Positions 8,881-18,800 of a DNA stretch of 64,000 bases are shown in pieces; position 1 is the stretch's first letter; each line of letters begins with the position of its first letter. Below the pieces are notes generated by a model. It saw only the letters and a program-made list of their open reading frames with translations, was not told where the DNA came from and ran no database searches. The stretch comes from Calditrichia bacterium (GTDB lineage Bacteria; Calditrichota; Calditrichia; RBG-13-44-9; J075). Made by a program: the position numbers and the translations under genes. The DNA is taken from assembly GCA_050633245.1 (NCBI GenBank), contig JBOEGD010000001.1, positions 224,001 through 288,000 of the forward strand. The letters are read 5' to 3'.

Positions 8881-9147
8881 AATAGGTATCTATACGTTTT
8901 ATGGTTGTTTTAGACTGTACGCGTGTTCCTGTTCTAGTATAGGCAACATTCCAGCATGTGTCTATTCCCCAAACGGGGCATTTTTTGCCTCTTTTTGACC
9001 TTTTTGGTAACGATTAAATGATGGTTTGAAATTTCTGCCCGGCGAAAAGTGATACGATATTTCCTGCCACTTTACCCATTGGCTTTCACAATAGTTTTGA
9101 TTTATCTTACAACCAAAACATGTTAAACTTACTACCGAACGGATCTG

Positions 9148-9750
9148 ATGACCGAAGTAAATTCTTCACGCCAAATGAAGACGCTTGTTGAAACATGGGC
9201 TAATCTCGATGCCAATCAGTGGAGTATGTTATCGGCAATTTTTCAGGAGCGTCGTGTGGATGCACGGGTGCAGATTGCTACACCGGGATCGACGCGACAT
9301 GAATTATTCTTCGTTTCCGCCGGCCTGTTGCGATTTTACTATCTAAGCAGCGATGGTAAGGAAGTAAATAAGGCATTTATTGCTGAAAACATGTTCGCTG
9401 GCCCGCTTGCTGCATCGGCTCTTAACCTGCCTATTATTTATGGTATCGAAACGCTCGAGCAGACAACATTATTATCTGCGGATTATCACCGCTTTGCGGC
9501 CCTGTTTGATGCAGATCCGATATTTGAACGCGTTGGCCGAAAGTTGGCCGAGTGGCTTCTGATCCGTAAGGAAATCCGACAGCGTAGTCTGTTGCAGCAG
9601 AATGCCAGCCAACGTTATCTGGATTTTGTAGAGCATCATCCAACCATGTTGCAGCGTGTTCCTCAATATCATATCGCTTCTTATTTGGGAATTGCGGAAG
9701 TTTCGCTGTCTCGCCTTCGCCGTGCACTTGCCGCAGATCAGCTTTCTTAA
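9148..9750 (+). CDS. Crp/Fnr-family transcriptional regulator
   Basis: cNMP-like domain (GLLRFYY..DGKE.N); 'RVPQYHIASYLGI..VSLSR' HTH. Confidence 0.9.
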   Translation: MTEVNSSRQMKTLVETWANLDANQWSMLSAIFQERRVDARVQIATPGSTRHELFFVSAGLLRFYYLSSDGKEVNKAFIAENMFAGPLAASALNLPIIYGIETLEQTTLLSADYHRFAALFDADPIFERVGRKLAEWLLIRKEIRQRSLLQQNASQRYLDFVEHHPTMLQRVPQYHIASYLGIAEVSLSRLRRALAADQLS

Positions 9751-9761
9751 CAAATGTTAAG
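9746..9761. promoter_or_regulatory. Candidate Crp/Fnr operator CTTAAC-N4-GTTAAG
   Basis: Perfect palindrome at the regulator stop codon, upstream of the dehydrogenase gene. Confidence 0.6.
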
Positions 9762-9833
9762 GAAGCGTATTTTTACTCCGCTTATTTTACCCGGGTAATT
9801 ATTGTTAATAAAACACAACCCGGAGATATAAAA

Positions 9834-10694
9834 ATGAACATTGGTTTTATCGGAATTGGCATCATGGGCAGCCGAATGGCTGGCAATCTACTGAAAGCAG
9901 GGCATTCTGTTGCAGTTTTTAATCGGAGCATCGAAAAAGTTAGTCCTCTTCTTGAAGCTGGTGCAAGTCACTGGATTCATCTAAACAATCCTTCCCCCAA
10001 ATTTGATGTTGTAATTACTATGTTATCTGACTCCAAAGCTGTTGAAAGCGTTGCTCTTGGTGACGATGGCTTTCTTGAACATTTTAAAGGGCTCTGGATA
10101 GATTGTAGCACCACAACCCCTGAGTTTGCTCGCCACATATTCGACTTTGCCGATCAGCATGGAGTTCGCTTTATGGATGCACCGGTTGGTGGTTCACTTG
10201 GCCAGGCAGAGAGAGCCGAGCTGATATTCCTTTGTGGAGGAGATGCTGCTGATTTTGCATTCTCTGCACCTCTCTTTGAGGCAATGGGAGCGAAGTCTGT
10301 CCATGTTGGAGATTTAGGTATGGGAACATCGCTGAAGCTGGTATTAAATCACCTGTTGGCAAGCTCGATGGCTGCTTTTGCTGAGGCATTACATTTTGGA
10401 ATGGCTCTTGGGCTTGAGAAATCGACACTGCTAAACATTCTTATTGGAGGACCGGTTGTCCCCCCCTATATGCAAATGAAGAAAGAAAAATTGGCAGTAC
10501 AATCTTATGACGCGGAATTTCCGCTGCGGCTAATGCATAAAGACATGCAGATGGTTTCACTTGCTGCCTACAGCGTGGGAGTTCCAATGCCTGTTGCATG
10601 TACCGTGAAGGAGCTGTTTCTAATGGCTCAGCAGGCAGGGCATGGTGATGCTGATTTCTCTGCACTTGCGGGATTTCTCGAAAACGGGCGGTAA
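9834..10694 (+). CDS. NAD(P)-dependent oxidoreductase, 3-hydroxyisobutyrate dehydrogenase family
   Basis: IGFIGIGIMG Rossmann motif, MDAPVGGS, catalytic KLVLN, 'F.LRLMHKD'. Confidence 0.92.
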   Translation: MNIGFIGIGIMGSRMAGNLLKAGHSVAVFNRSIEKVSPLLEAGASHWIHLNNPSPKFDVVITMLSDSKAVESVALGDDGFLEHFKGLWIDCSTTTPEFARHIFDFADQHGVRFMDAPVGGSLGQAERAELIFLCGGDAADFAFSAPLFEAMGAKSVHVGDLGMGTSLKLVLNHLLASSMAAFAEALHFGMALGLEKSTLLNILIGGPVVPPYMQMKKEKLAVQSYDAEFPLRLMHKDMQMVSLAAYSVGVPMPVACTVKELFLMAQQAGHGDADFSALAGFLENGR

Positions 10695-10947
10695 AACTTT
10701 TTCATAAATTCCACCTTTTTGTCTCATAGATCACGGTGCTGTGGGATAATTGCTGCTTAATTATTCTACAGGCTGCATAAAGTATCGCATGCGCCTGCCT
10801 CGATTGGGAGTTGGTAATTAAAATATAAACTTTGCAGTATGCAGATTCTGCTACTTTTTGGCGTAGCCGCGATGCTTGTACCAGCAATGTGGCCGATAAT
10901 CTATTCAGCTGCGAATACATATGGACATGACGGTAAGGAGATATGAC

Positions 10948-11445
10948 ATGAAGGTCATCGCACTGCTGGTTTTATCATTCGTTTTTTTTAGCTGTAGTTC
11001 CGAAGAATTGCAAACCACCTCCGAAAGATCAATCTCATCTGTTAAGAATGATCGGGTTTCATTAAAAGGAGCTGTTACGCTCGATCATGCCGGAAAAGCT
11101 TTTAGCGAAGCTTGTAGAAAGCTACGGGTGAACAGCCGCTTTTCATTTCGGGATCGTAGCAATATGGTTGCGGCTGTTGCTGAAAATGAAGTTGTTTCAA
11201 TTTCACCATCCTCCGATTCACAGATTCGCGTAACGCGATATCGCATCAATGGAATGGTGTCTAACAGAATGCAGTTGCAGATGAGCTTTCTGAAGTTCCT
11301 CGATTACAAGAGTCGCCTGCAGTCTGAAGGAAATTGGAATAATCGTGGTCCTGCGCAGTACCCCGGTAAAGAAGGTCGTTTTAAATTTAGTTCGATTCGC
11401 GCGAATGAAAAGATGGCACTTTCTGATCTGGCTCAAATTTTTTAA
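10948..11445 (+). CDS. Hypothetical lipoprotein
   Basis: AGGAG RBS; MKVIALLVLSFVFFSC lipobox. Confidence 0.6.
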   Translation: MKVIALLVLSFVFFSCSSEELQTTSERSISSVKNDRVSLKGAVTLDHAGKAFSEACRKLRVNSRFSFRDRSNMVAAVAENEVVSISPSSDSQIRVTRYRINGMVSNRMQLQMSFLKFLDYKSRLQSEGNWNNRGPAQYPGKEGRFKFSSIRANEKMALSDLAQIF

Positions 11446-11559
11446 CTTTCATCAGCACAACTTATTGCTAAACTACAAGTTAAAAAATACTTGTCTTAAC
11501 CAGCATTCCTTCTCACATTTATTGCTGTTTCTTACACTACGCAGAAGGAGATTTCTAGT

Positions 11560-12267
11560 ATGACCAAGTGGATACTGACTATTCTTGTTGCCGGCATGTT
11601 TTTTTCCTGTGGCTATAAAAAGCAGATCGATGTGCTTACAACAGAAAACGAAGGTTTGAAGAGCCAGGTCGCTGAACTTACCGAGCAAAAAAATAAGCTC
11701 GAGAGCGATATGGTGCAGGTAAAAGCGAATTTTGATCAGGTTAACTTTTTAGCACGCCAGTTAAAGGGCGTTAAAGCTCGTGTGATAACCAATCATGGCC
11801 CTATCGAGATGGAGTTCTTTGCCGAAAAAGCACCGATTCATGTTTTCAACTTTATAACGCGCGCCGAGAGTGGTTTCTATGATGGCACGCGGTTTCATCG
11901 CATTATTCCCGGCTTTATGATTCAGGGTGGCGACCCGAACAGCAAAAATGATCAGCTGGAAGATGATGGCGCCGGTGGACCAATCGCAAACATCCCCCAC
12001 GAGTTTAATAGCGTAAAGCACGTGCCTGGTATCCTGTCTATGGCGCGTCAGGGAAACACCTCGCTTGGTGCAGGCAGCCAATTTTTTATCATGCATGGCA
12101 CCAGCCCTAATCTCGATCGACAATACACTGCATTCGGTAAAGTAACGTCTGGAATGAAGGTTGTTAATCAGATTGCTACAACACCAACCTACGGTCAGAA
12201 AAACCCTCGTTTGGCAACGCAACCGGTTCGGCCGGTACTGATTCGGCGTATAGAAGTGTATCGGTAG
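11560..12267 (+). CDS. Lipoprotein peptidyl-prolyl isomerase (cyclophilin) with N-terminal coiled coil
   Basis: FFSC lipobox; FYDGTRFHRIIPGFMIQGGDP; SMAR, AGSQFFI. Confidence 0.93.
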   Translation: MTKWILTILVAGMFFSCGYKKQIDVLTTENEGLKSQVAELTEQKNKLESDMVQVKANFDQVNFLARQLKGVKARVITNHGPIEMEFFAEKAPIHVFNFITRAESGFYDGTRFHRIIPGFMIQGGDPNSKNDQLEDDGAGGPIANIPHEFNSVKHVPGILSMARQGNTSLGAGSQFFIMHGTSPNLDRQYTAFGKVTSGMKVVNQIATTPTYGQKNPRLATQPVRPVLIRRIEVYR

Positions 12268-12270
12268 CTA

Positions 12271-13095
12271 ATGCGCAGGCCTATTTTATTTGTTCTACTT
12301 TTATCGTCCGGCATTTTTGCCCAGTCGCTGTTTCAGCGACTGGCGCTGGATCATATTAATATTGCTGTAGCTGACCTTGAGACGGCCACAGCACTCTTTA
12401 ACGATTCATTGGGTTTTGCCATTAAACCGGGACGGCTGCACGAGAACGGCATTAACAATGCACATCTTAAGTTTAAAAATGGCACTTCCATTGAAATTAT
12501 TACGGCCTCAAAACCTGGGGACGATCTTGCTGCATTTTATCAAAAGAGAATCTCTTATGCACAAGGCGGCTCTGCTGCATTTCTTTGTCTACGCTTAACC
12601 TATAGCGCCGCAAGCGATTCTTTGCTGAAGCGTTTCCCACTTAATAAAGCAGATCTTGGTTATGCAGAACTCTATTCTTTTTCGCTTGCTGATCCGCGCC
12701 ACCCGCTCTTCTTTATTCGCTATAAAAAACGAACTTCAGATAATCCACGCTATCTGTATCACTGGAATGGCGCTCAACAATTGAGTGCTGTTTGGGTAAG
12801 TAAGCGTTGGTGGCAGAGACATTTCGCAGATTTCGGTAAAATCTCGGAAACGCGACACCTTATGATTGATGGTAAAAAGCACGCTGTCGATGTGCTACCG
12901 TTAGCTGCTGGAGAAATATGGTTGGTCGATGGTGAAATGCCGTTTTCTGATGCGCTTCAATCGCCGCTTCCGGGATTAACGATTTCCGTCGAAGATCAAA
13001 AACAAACTCAGCAGTTCTTAGAAAAAAAATTGTCCGGGAAAAGAGTTGGCAATCCATTGTGGGTTACCGGAACGTTTTTTCTTTTTCAGGAATAG
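12271..13095 (+). CDS. Secreted VOC/glyoxalase-like family protein
   Basis: Signal peptide; LDHINIAVADL..A...F...LGF...PGRLHENG..N. Confidence 0.75.
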   Translation: MRRPILFVLLLSSGIFAQSLFQRLALDHINIAVADLETATALFNDSLGFAIKPGRLHENGINNAHLKFKNGTSIEIITASKPGDDLAAFYQKRISYAQGGSAAFLCLRLTYSAASDSLLKRFPLNKADLGYAELYSFSLADPRHPLFFIRYKKRTSDNPRYLYHWNGAQQLSAVWVSKRWWQRHFADFGKISETRHLMIDGKKHAVDVLPLAAGEIWLVDGEMPFSDALQSPLPGLTISVEDQKQTQQFLEKKLSGKRVGNPLWVTGTFFLFQE

Positions 13096-13096
13096 A

Positions 13097-13120
13097 AACC
13101 CGGTGTGCGCACACCGGGTT
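13097..13120. terminator. Perfect 24-bp palindrome between convergent genes (likely bidirectional terminator)
   Basis: AACCCGGTGTGC/GCACACCGGGTT. Confidence 0.7.
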
Positions 13121-13132
13121 AATCTTGTAAAC

Positions 13133-14386
13133 TTAATTCAACTTAAATTTTATCGGTAGCTTTACTCGAGTGCTTACAGCTTTACCGTCTGCTTCGCCGG
13201 GGCTAAATGTACTGGTGCGAACAAATTCAAGTGCTGCAGCATCAAGCTCTGGAACGGATTTTACAACTTTTGCATCCATTACATTACCTTCAGCGTTTAC
13301 CAGAATATCTACGACTACAGTTCCTTCAAGTGCTGCCTTCTTTGCATCTTCCGGATACTTTAGATCCGCAGCCACTGCCAGTTTTGGCTTAACACTCAGG
13401 TTATTGATATCTACAATTATTGCCTCTGAAGCGGTTGCACTGCTTCTTTCCGTACTACAGGAAAATGGAATTGCCAGTAAAAGCACTGCTGCTGCAATAC
13501 CGAAACCAGATAGAATGTGTTTCTTCAATGGAGTAACCTCCTTCTTAAGTTGATAATGAATTCGTTTAGACAGGCCGGATTGGCACTGCGAAAAATAACT
13601 GGCTGCAGTCAGTCTTTTTTTATTTTGGATCAGAGACTCCGCAATATGAATAAGGTTGTTTGCGTAGTCTCGTGGAGGAATGTCCATATTACGTATTGTG
13701 CGATTATCGCAACTTATCTCACGATACAGATTTATTCTGTTGTTCAATAACCACACCATGGGATTAAAGAAGAAAATGATCTGCGAAAAAATCTGCAGCA
13801 CATTTATCCAATGGTCGCCTGCCTGAATATGTTGAAGCTCATGCGTGATAATTGTCCGTTTTACCTGCGTGTTCCAGTTCTTTGACGAAGCAGGGAGCAG
13901 TATTTTGTGCCGGAACAACCCGGTAACAAGTGGACTTTGTTCTTCTGCTGATAGCAAAACGACGGTATTTGCCGGTAGATCGATTGTGTGTGGCAGTAAG
14001 GCCGCATTCTTTAGCTTACTGCGTAGAGTGAGCGTTCGGAAAATAAGTTTGGCTGATAATACAATAACACCGGTAAGCCATAGGCAAAACAAAATTACGT
14101 CAACTGTCCAGATGTTCGCCCCGGCAGAAGATGATGCCAACACTTCTGGCAATTCAAAGCGATTGGCAATGCCGGGTAGGACGCTTTCGACGGGTAGTGC
14201 GATTATTGGAACAAACAGCTTTACCAACGCAATGCCCATTAGAATAATCTGTAATCGCGGGTCATCGTTCTTCCGGGCAAGCCAAACAGAGATCAGTAGC
14301 ACCAACAGGATAAAGAGCGAGCCATTCACATTCATTTGCAGGAAATGTTCCCGCCAAAGCGTTATCAATTCAGGAGTGCTATTCAT
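13133..14386 (-). CDS. BlaR1-like M56 metallopeptidase fused to TonB C-terminal domain
   Basis: HELQH zinc motif, FFFNP.VW, REISCD; C-terminal YPEDAKKAALEGTVVV...LPIKFKL. Confidence 0.9.
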   Translation of the reverse strand: MNSTPELITLWREHFLQMNVNGSLFILLVLLISVWLARKNDDPRLQIILMGIALVKLFVPIIALPVESVLPGIANRFELPEVLASSSAGANIWTVDVILFCLWLTGVIVLSAKLIFRTLTLRSKLKNAALLPHTIDLPANTVVLLSAEEQSPLVTGLFRHKILLPASSKNWNTQVKRTIITHELQHIQAGDHWINVLQIFSQIIFFFNPMVWLLNNRINLYREISCDNRTIRNMDIPPRDYANNLIHIAESLIQNKKRLTAASYFSQCQSGLSKRIHYQLKKEVTPLKKHILSGFGIAAAVLLLAIPFSCSTERSSATASEAIIVDINNLSVKPKLAVAADLKYPEDAKKAALEGTVVVDILVNAEGNVMDAKVVKSVPELDAAALEFVRTSTFSPGEADGKAVSTRVKLPIKFKLN

Positions 14387-14777
14387 TATTGCTCTCCTTC
14401 TTCTGTTTCTGTTCGAGGAGGGCTTTTAGCCTGATTAACTCCTCTTCATTAAGAGAGTCCGAGTCGACTAAAAAGTTTGCCAGATCATTAACAGAACCGC
14501 CAAAAAAACGCTTTGCCATCTGCGTTACAGCACTGCGCAGCGTGGTATCCCGTGCCTCTGAAGGACGATAAAAATTTACCAGGCCCACTTTCTCTTTGTT
14601 GAGATACCCTTTTCCAACAAGGTTGTTCATAACCGTTTGCACGGTTGTATACGCTTTTTGTCCATCGGGATACGCTGATTCGAGAATCTCACGTACCGTC
14701 ACTTGTTTTCGTGCCTGCCAGATGAATTGAAGAATTTCCCATTCCAGTTCTGTTGGCTGTTGTTTGGTGGAATTCAC
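14379..14777 (-). CDS. BlaI/MecI/CopY-family repressor
   Basis: PTELEWEILQFIW, AYTTVQTVMNNLV.KG, FFGGS; overlaps blaR1-like gene. Confidence 0.93.
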   Translation of the reverse strand: MNSTKQQPTELEWEILQFIWQARKQVTVREILESAYPDGQKAYTTVQTVMNNLVGKGYLNKEKVGLVNFYRPSEARDTTLRSAVTQMAKRFFGGSVNDLANFLVDSDSLNEEELIRLKALLEQKQKKESNNE

Positions 14778-14802
14778 ACTCTCTCCTGCGTTTTTAGTAG
14801 AT

Positions 14803-14838
14803 CTACTATAAATATAGTAGGTGCTTGCAAAAAGTCAA
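14803..14838 (-). promoter_or_regulatory. BlaI-type operator overlapping a sigma70 promoter
   Basis: Perfect palindrome CTACTATA-AA-TATAGTAG (14803-14820); minus-strand TTGACT-16 nt-TATATT. Confidence 0.7.
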
Positions 14839-14855
14839 GAGATTTATCCGGAAAT

Positions 14856-14888
14856 AAAAAAGCAGCGTGCCAAAGAGGCACGCTGCTT
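14856..14888 (-). terminator. Intrinsic terminator after the ZU5-like lipoprotein gene
   Basis: AAGCAGCGTGCC-N5-GGCACGCTGCTT stem with U-tract on the minus strand. Confidence 0.8.
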
Positions 14889-14913
14889 ATATTATGCTTA
14901 GTCTTATTTAAGC

Positions 14914-15486
14914 CTATCCGCGGGAGAGAGCGTAGCGAGAGAAGTGGTGAATTGTGAGGATGATCAATTTGTTGGTGACGTCAATGTCATCGGGAATTTG
15001 CTCGATATAGTTACCATTATCATCTATATAGTAAAGCGTGGGTATTTCGATTCCGAGATCAGCATAGTTAAGGTAAACCTTCGCTGCAGGGCTAAACTGG
15101 CAGCCATGTGGGCCAAACTCGAAGAGCAATTCATTGTTCACAGTGTCCAAATCCGCAGTCATTGTGATAACTACATCGTCACCCCAAGGCGTGCTTGGTG
15201 GCGGAGTAATAGCGTTCTTCATCAGCTCGAACACCGTACCATTCGGTAGCGTAAATGATCCACCTCTATAACCTTCTTTATGAAAGCTGTAGTTGTAAGA
15301 AGCGCTTTGCGGGTAGGTTAGCCTTTCATTCGATCCCTTAATTGGCTTCCCGTTAAACTCGGCCGGTTCCTCAACACTGTCCGGTCCGTTGATGCTTACA
15401 ATACTGTCCTGTGTGCAGCTAAGGGCGAAAAAAGAGAATAATACTGCGGTGATGAGTAAGTAGAGTGAACGTTTGGTGCGTGTCAT
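14914..15486 (-). CDS. Lipoprotein consisting of a ZU5-like domain with C-terminal HFS autoproteolysis motif
   Basis: GGAGG RBS, FALSC lipobox; GGSFTLPNG..F....NAI / EFGPHGCQF / HHFSRYAL match ZU5 pattern by eye. Confidence 0.7.
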   Translation of the reverse strand: MTRTKRSLYLLITAVLFSFFALSCTQDSIVSINGPDSVEEPAEFNGKPIKGSNERLTYPQSASYNYSFHKEGYRGGSFTLPNGTVFELMKNAITPPPSTPWGDDVVITMTADLDTVNNELLFEFGPHGCQFSPAAKVYLNYADLGIEIPTLYYIDDNGNYIEQIPDDIDVTNKLIILTIHHFSRYALSRG

Positions 15487-15552
15487 GGTCAACCTCCGTG
15501 TTGATTAAGTTTTTGTTTACTTCCGTTACATCCTTGTAACTGCTGCTATTAT

Positions 15553-15569
15553 AGCAACTGATATGCCAA
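15553..15569 (-). promoter_or_regulatory. sigma54 -24/-12 promoter
   Basis: Minus strand TTGGCATATCAGTTGCT (GG-N10-GC), ~70 bp upstream of the lipoprotein ATG. Confidence 0.85.
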
Positions 15570-15585
15570 TTTGTATTGTTGGCTT

Positions 15586-15598
15586 TAAGTCTTTGATT
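15586..15598 (-). promoter_or_regulatory. IHF binding site
   Basis: AATCAA-AGAC-TTA matches WATCAA-N4-TTR, between promoter and enhancer. Confidence 0.7.
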
Positions 15599-15637
15599 TT
15601 ATTGACTATGAACTCTTTTTACCCTCTCGCTGCAAAG

Positions 15638-15725
15638 TGGTCCATTTCAACCATTTATTTGCTGACTTCCGCCAACTGGCTGAATTCAACCAGGTTTTTA
15701 GGCAAATAATGGTCTATAGCGGCTA
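15638..15725. promoter_or_regulatory. Candidate bEBP upstream activator sequences (TGGY-N8-RCCA-like)
   Basis: TGGT-N8-ACCA (15638-53), TGGC-N8-ACCA (15677-92), weaker copies at 15659-74 and 15710-25. Confidence 0.6.
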
Positions 15726-15843
15726 ACTATTTTACGCAGAAATTAACTCTCGTTTTATCAAGGAGATCCTCTTAGCGTCGACTATTAAAAATAGTTGAAT
15801 GTGCTGTTTATACATAACTTGATACAGAAAGTATATTCCTGCA

Positions 15844-18800
15844 ATGTCTCCTGTAAATACAATTGGCCGCTACCGGATTCGCCGAAAGCTCGGACATGGC
15901 GCAATGGGCCTTGTTTATGAAGCTGAGGATGATGCGCTCGGGCGATCCGTTGCTATTAAAGTTATGCACGAATTTCTTAGTGATGACGAGGTTCAGACTG
16001 CGCGTTTTCTTCGTGAAGCAAAGTCGGCAGCTTTTCTACAGCATCCTAATATAATTACCATATACGAAGTTGGCACCGCCGACAATGTCCACTTTATTGC
16101 AATGGAATATGTAGCGGGGCAGTCCGTGCAGGATCTGCTCAACTCCGGTAAGGTCATTCCTCTCAATCAGACACTGGATGTTGTTTGTCAGGTTCTTGAG
16201 GGACTACAGCTTGCGCATCAAAAAGGAATTTTGCATCGTGATATTAAGCCGGATAATATTCTGCTAACGCAAAGCGGTGTTGCCAAAATAGCAGATTTTG
16301 GCATTGCCAAAATGACGAATGAGCAGGGTTTAACTGCCGATCAGGATATTCTCGGTACCGTGGAGTTCATGGCTCCGGAACAAATGCTGGGTGAGGAATT
16401 GGATGCTCGCAGCGATTTATACTCTGTGGGAATTATGACCTATCAACTTTTAACCGGTCGCGTGCCTTTTCGTGGCGATAGCCCGGTAGAAGTACTCTAC
16501 AAACAGCTTAACGATCAACCAAAGCCACCGTCTTTTTATAACAATACTCTTAGTCGGGCAATCGATATGGTGTTGTTTAAAGCTCTGCAAAAAGACAAGC
16601 AGCAACGCTGGGAAAACGCAAGTGCTTTTGCCAATGCGCTCAGGCGGGCATGTGATGGTGAGGCCGTGGGAGAACTGGAATTGCTCAGCGAGGATGCGCC
16701 GGGAGCTCAGCGCTCCTTGTTTGTCGGACGTGATTCCGAGTTTAATACGCTACTCGGTCTTTTTGCACGCTGCTCGACAGAAGAAGGGCAGGTTGCATTG
16801 ATCTCCGGACAGGCCGGAGTTGGCAAAACAGCCTTGGCTGATTACTTTGTTGAAATGGCTGCTGACGATGGTACTTGGACACTCTCTGCTGCCTGTTTGT
16901 ATCAGGAAGGACTTGATGCCTACCGACCTTTTTTGGACGCGATAAAGGCATTCTTCCGAGAAGAGGTGTTCAGACTTTCTCCCGAACACCGGCAGGCGCT
17001 GTTGGAAATCATACACGAGAAGATTCCTGTGCTCAGCGATTTTCTGGATACCCTCGAAGACGATTCAACCTCCCCGATTGCGCGGACAGAAAATTCTGCA
17101 TCTAAAGCAAATATTCTCGAAGGTATTGATTATCTGTTTAGCCTGTTGGCTACAATTAAGCCGGTTGTTTTTATATTGGATGACTTACAGTGGGCCGACG
17201 AGTCAACTCTGCGTCTTTTTCATTATCTCGCACGAAACGCCGAACACAACAGAATTTTAATCATCGGACTGATGCGTCTTTCTTCACAGGGGGGCGAGAT
17301 TGATGAAGCTGCATATGAGGTTACGAATACGATCTCTCGCCTAAAGCGTGAAATGAATGTGTCTACGATTGAATTGGCTCACCTGAGCGAGTCTGAGAGT
17401 GAACATCTACTGGACTTACTCTATCCATCGAATTTATTTAGTGCGGCCTTTTATCGCGAGATACATAAACAAACTACTGGAAACCCTCGCCTTCTGTTGG
17501 ATGTTATGGAAACGCTAGCCGATAGCGAACAGATTTTTTGCAAAGGTGAATTTTGGCAGGAAAAGTCCGGAAAACTATCAATAACGCTCAGTGTGAATCT
17601 CGAAGACGCGTTCCCGGATCAGCTCCGCAAATTGTCTTCAGAGGAACGTGAACTGCTTGATGTTGCCTCAGTCATCGGCTATCGTTTCGATCTCGGCGTT
17701 CTGGCATCCTTAATGGATATGAAGCGTATTACTCTCTTGCGAATGCTGCGTCGAATGGAACAGGAACTGCATATTTTTAAGAGCAGCGAAGAAGGGATGC
17801 AGTTTGTATATCCGGTTTTTCGAGACATCTTATATAATGAGATTCCCTTCTTGTTGCGACAGGAATATCATCTGCTTATTGCTGAGGAGTATGAAGAAAA
17901 ACCCGCTGAGGTTTTACAGGCCATTCCAGGAGATTTGGCCGGTCATTATTTGGCTGGTGGTAAGGTAGTGAAGGCGCTGCCCCTTCTTTACAAAGCTGCT
18001 GAACGTGCGTTTAATTTGATGGCCTACCGAGAAGCTGCTCACCTTCTTGATCACCTGATTTCATTGACCGAAGAAAAAGAGTTAATCCTTCCGGATGATA
18101 TTCCATCCACACAAATTTATTCCATGCTTGGCGTTTGTTATGAGGAACTCGGGGATCGGCAGCGCAGCCTGTCTATGCTAACGATTTATAAAGAACATGC
18201 TCAGCAGCAGCAGTTGATCGATAAAGAAGCAGATGCTTATCTCAAAATTGGACGTGTGCACGATCTATTAGGGAGCTGGGATGCTGCGTTGGAAAATTAT
18301 GATGCCTGCAGAGAGCTGACTACCCGGCACGAGTTATCGGATGGGTTGGGGGCAGTGCAAAACAATATCGGAGTTGTCTATTTCCAAATGGGTGACTTTG
18401 AGAAGGCGGCTACCTATTTCAAATTGAATACAGCCGACATATCGGGCATTGCTGATAAGGATCGGGCAAATTCTATTGCAGGATTGGGCATCTTAAGCAG
18501 CATTCGGGGGGAATATGAAGACGGGTTGGCTTACTATCGCAGTGCACTGTCTATTTATCAAAAGCTTCAGCTTCGCAAAAATCAAGCTGAGGCGTATCAT
18601 AATATTGGAATGTCCTTTGCCGATGTAAATGAGACTGACAAAGCGCTACAGGCTTATAGCACCTGCCTGAATCTCGTTCGCGATTTTGAAAGTGAACAGC
18701 TTCGCGGACTCACCTTTCTTAACATGAGTAAACTTCACGCCAAATTGTCTAACAATGATGAGGCCCACCCTTTATTGGCCAAAGCACGAAAAATCTTTCA

